Source: a virus
Taxonomy: Duplodnaviria; Caudoviricetes
DNA: 26,089 nucleotides
Direction: 5' to 3' (one strand)
Virus record (IMG/VR): IMGVR_UViG_3300038393_003190
Span: 1 to 26,089 of that record
Every line of letters begins with the position of its first letter. Within the stretch, counting starts at the first letter, position 1. Positions 25,518 to 26,089 of this stretch are shown piece by piece. The translations under genes and the position numbers were made by a program. The notes beneath the pieces are model-generated. The model was not told where the DNA came from, searched no databases, and saw only the letters and a program-made list of their open reading frames with translations.

Positions 25518-26089
25518 AATTTTATTTAATTACAATACTTTGTATTATCCTTACTTCATGCTCAAAAAAAACACATGTTTCAGATACCATCCAAACATCA
25601 ACTAAGTTGCAGGAAAATAATGATAGTATCGGAATAAGAAATTTATTAAGTGTTGACAAATCGGTCATCACAACTAATATTGATCTAGATACTACCATTT
25701 CAATAAGCGGTAAACCGTTATTGGGTAGCTTTAATCTTAAAGATTCTATCGGAAGCTTTGAGAACGATGATTTAATAATTGGCTTTACGAAAGATAAATC
25801 CGGTCTAAGCATCGGCTTTAAGGCATCGCCTAAAGTAAAAACCGTCAAGGCGCATTATCATCAAAAAAGCCTAACACAAAACAACATTTTCAAAACTGAT
25901 AACTCTCAATTAAATACACTCAAGAAAACAACTATTCAACATGATTCAACCAGTAATCATGTTGCAGACCACCGTGACTCAACGAATATTATGAGCGGCC
26001 TAAAATCTATTATTGTTTGGGTTATTATTTTGCTAATCGCCGCTGTGGTCGGATTTTTTATCCTGAAGAGAAAATTATTACAGTTTTAA
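25514..26089 (+). CDS. Putative unimolecular spanin
   Basis: Lipoprotein signal (ILTS-C), beta-rich middle and C-terminal TM helix (IIVWVIILLIAAVVGFFIL-KRK). ATGA-coupled to the endolysin. Confidence 0.65.
   Translation: MKFYLITILCIILTSCSKKTHVSDTIQTSTKLQENNDSIGIRNLLSVDKSVITTNIDLDTTISISGKPLLGSFNLKDSIGSFENDDLIIGFTKDKSGLSIGFKASPKVKTVKAHYHQKSLTQNNIFKTDNSQLNTLKKTTIQHDSTSNHVADHRDSTNIMSGLKSIIVWVIILLIAAVVGFFILKRKLLQF

Larger units (their letters stand above)
1..26089. mobile_element. Phage-derived morphogenesis and lysis cluster lacking visible integration/replication genes (defective or domesticated prophage; GTA candidate)
   Basis: Packaging, head, tail and lysis genes appear complete, plus a repressor. 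No integrase, helicase, primase, initiator or recombinase is visible in the window. Confidence 0.75.

Noticed and set aside
670-25848. Numerous short antisense or out-of-frame ORFs in the track (e.g. 2168-2527, 2543-2899, 3432-3794, 5917-6381, 7618-8049, 11784-12278, 13350-13758, 14293-14640, 24206-24610, 25522-25848)
   Set aside because: They are shadows of well-supported genes and show no motifs of their own.

Overview
This window holds a compact, apparently intact siphovirus-like particle-building cluster in a Bacteroidota chromosome. The host assignment (Sphingobacteriaceae, Mucilaginibacter-like) is inferred from TAnnTTTG promoter boxes, A-rich Shine-Dalgarno-less starts, a SprB-type repeat and host-type palindromic repeats. 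The left end has two leftward HTH regulators (one a CI/LexA-like S24 autopeptidase repressor), two small rightward ORFs and a host-like lipoprotein gene. The + strand then runs: terS, PBSX-family terL, a tail-assembly-chaperone gene with an unannotated -1 frameshift extension, tail completion and tail-tip genes, a variable AT-rich island, the tape measure gene, a small HTH protein, ClpP-type protease/scaffold, major capsid, major tail, portal, head-tail adaptor, a 1200-aa fibre with its chaperone, and a holin/CHAP endolysin/u-spanin lysis cassette. The island contains a moron-like gene, its deleted paralog and a tape-measure fragment. No integrase, replication or recombination genes are visible, even between the repressor and the terminase where early genes normally lie, and the intergenic spaces carry host-type repeats. 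The leading hypothesis is a domesticated phage-derived system (gene-transfer-agent or PBSX-like particle) rather than an autonomous prophage. All product calls come from motif recognition by eye, not database searches.
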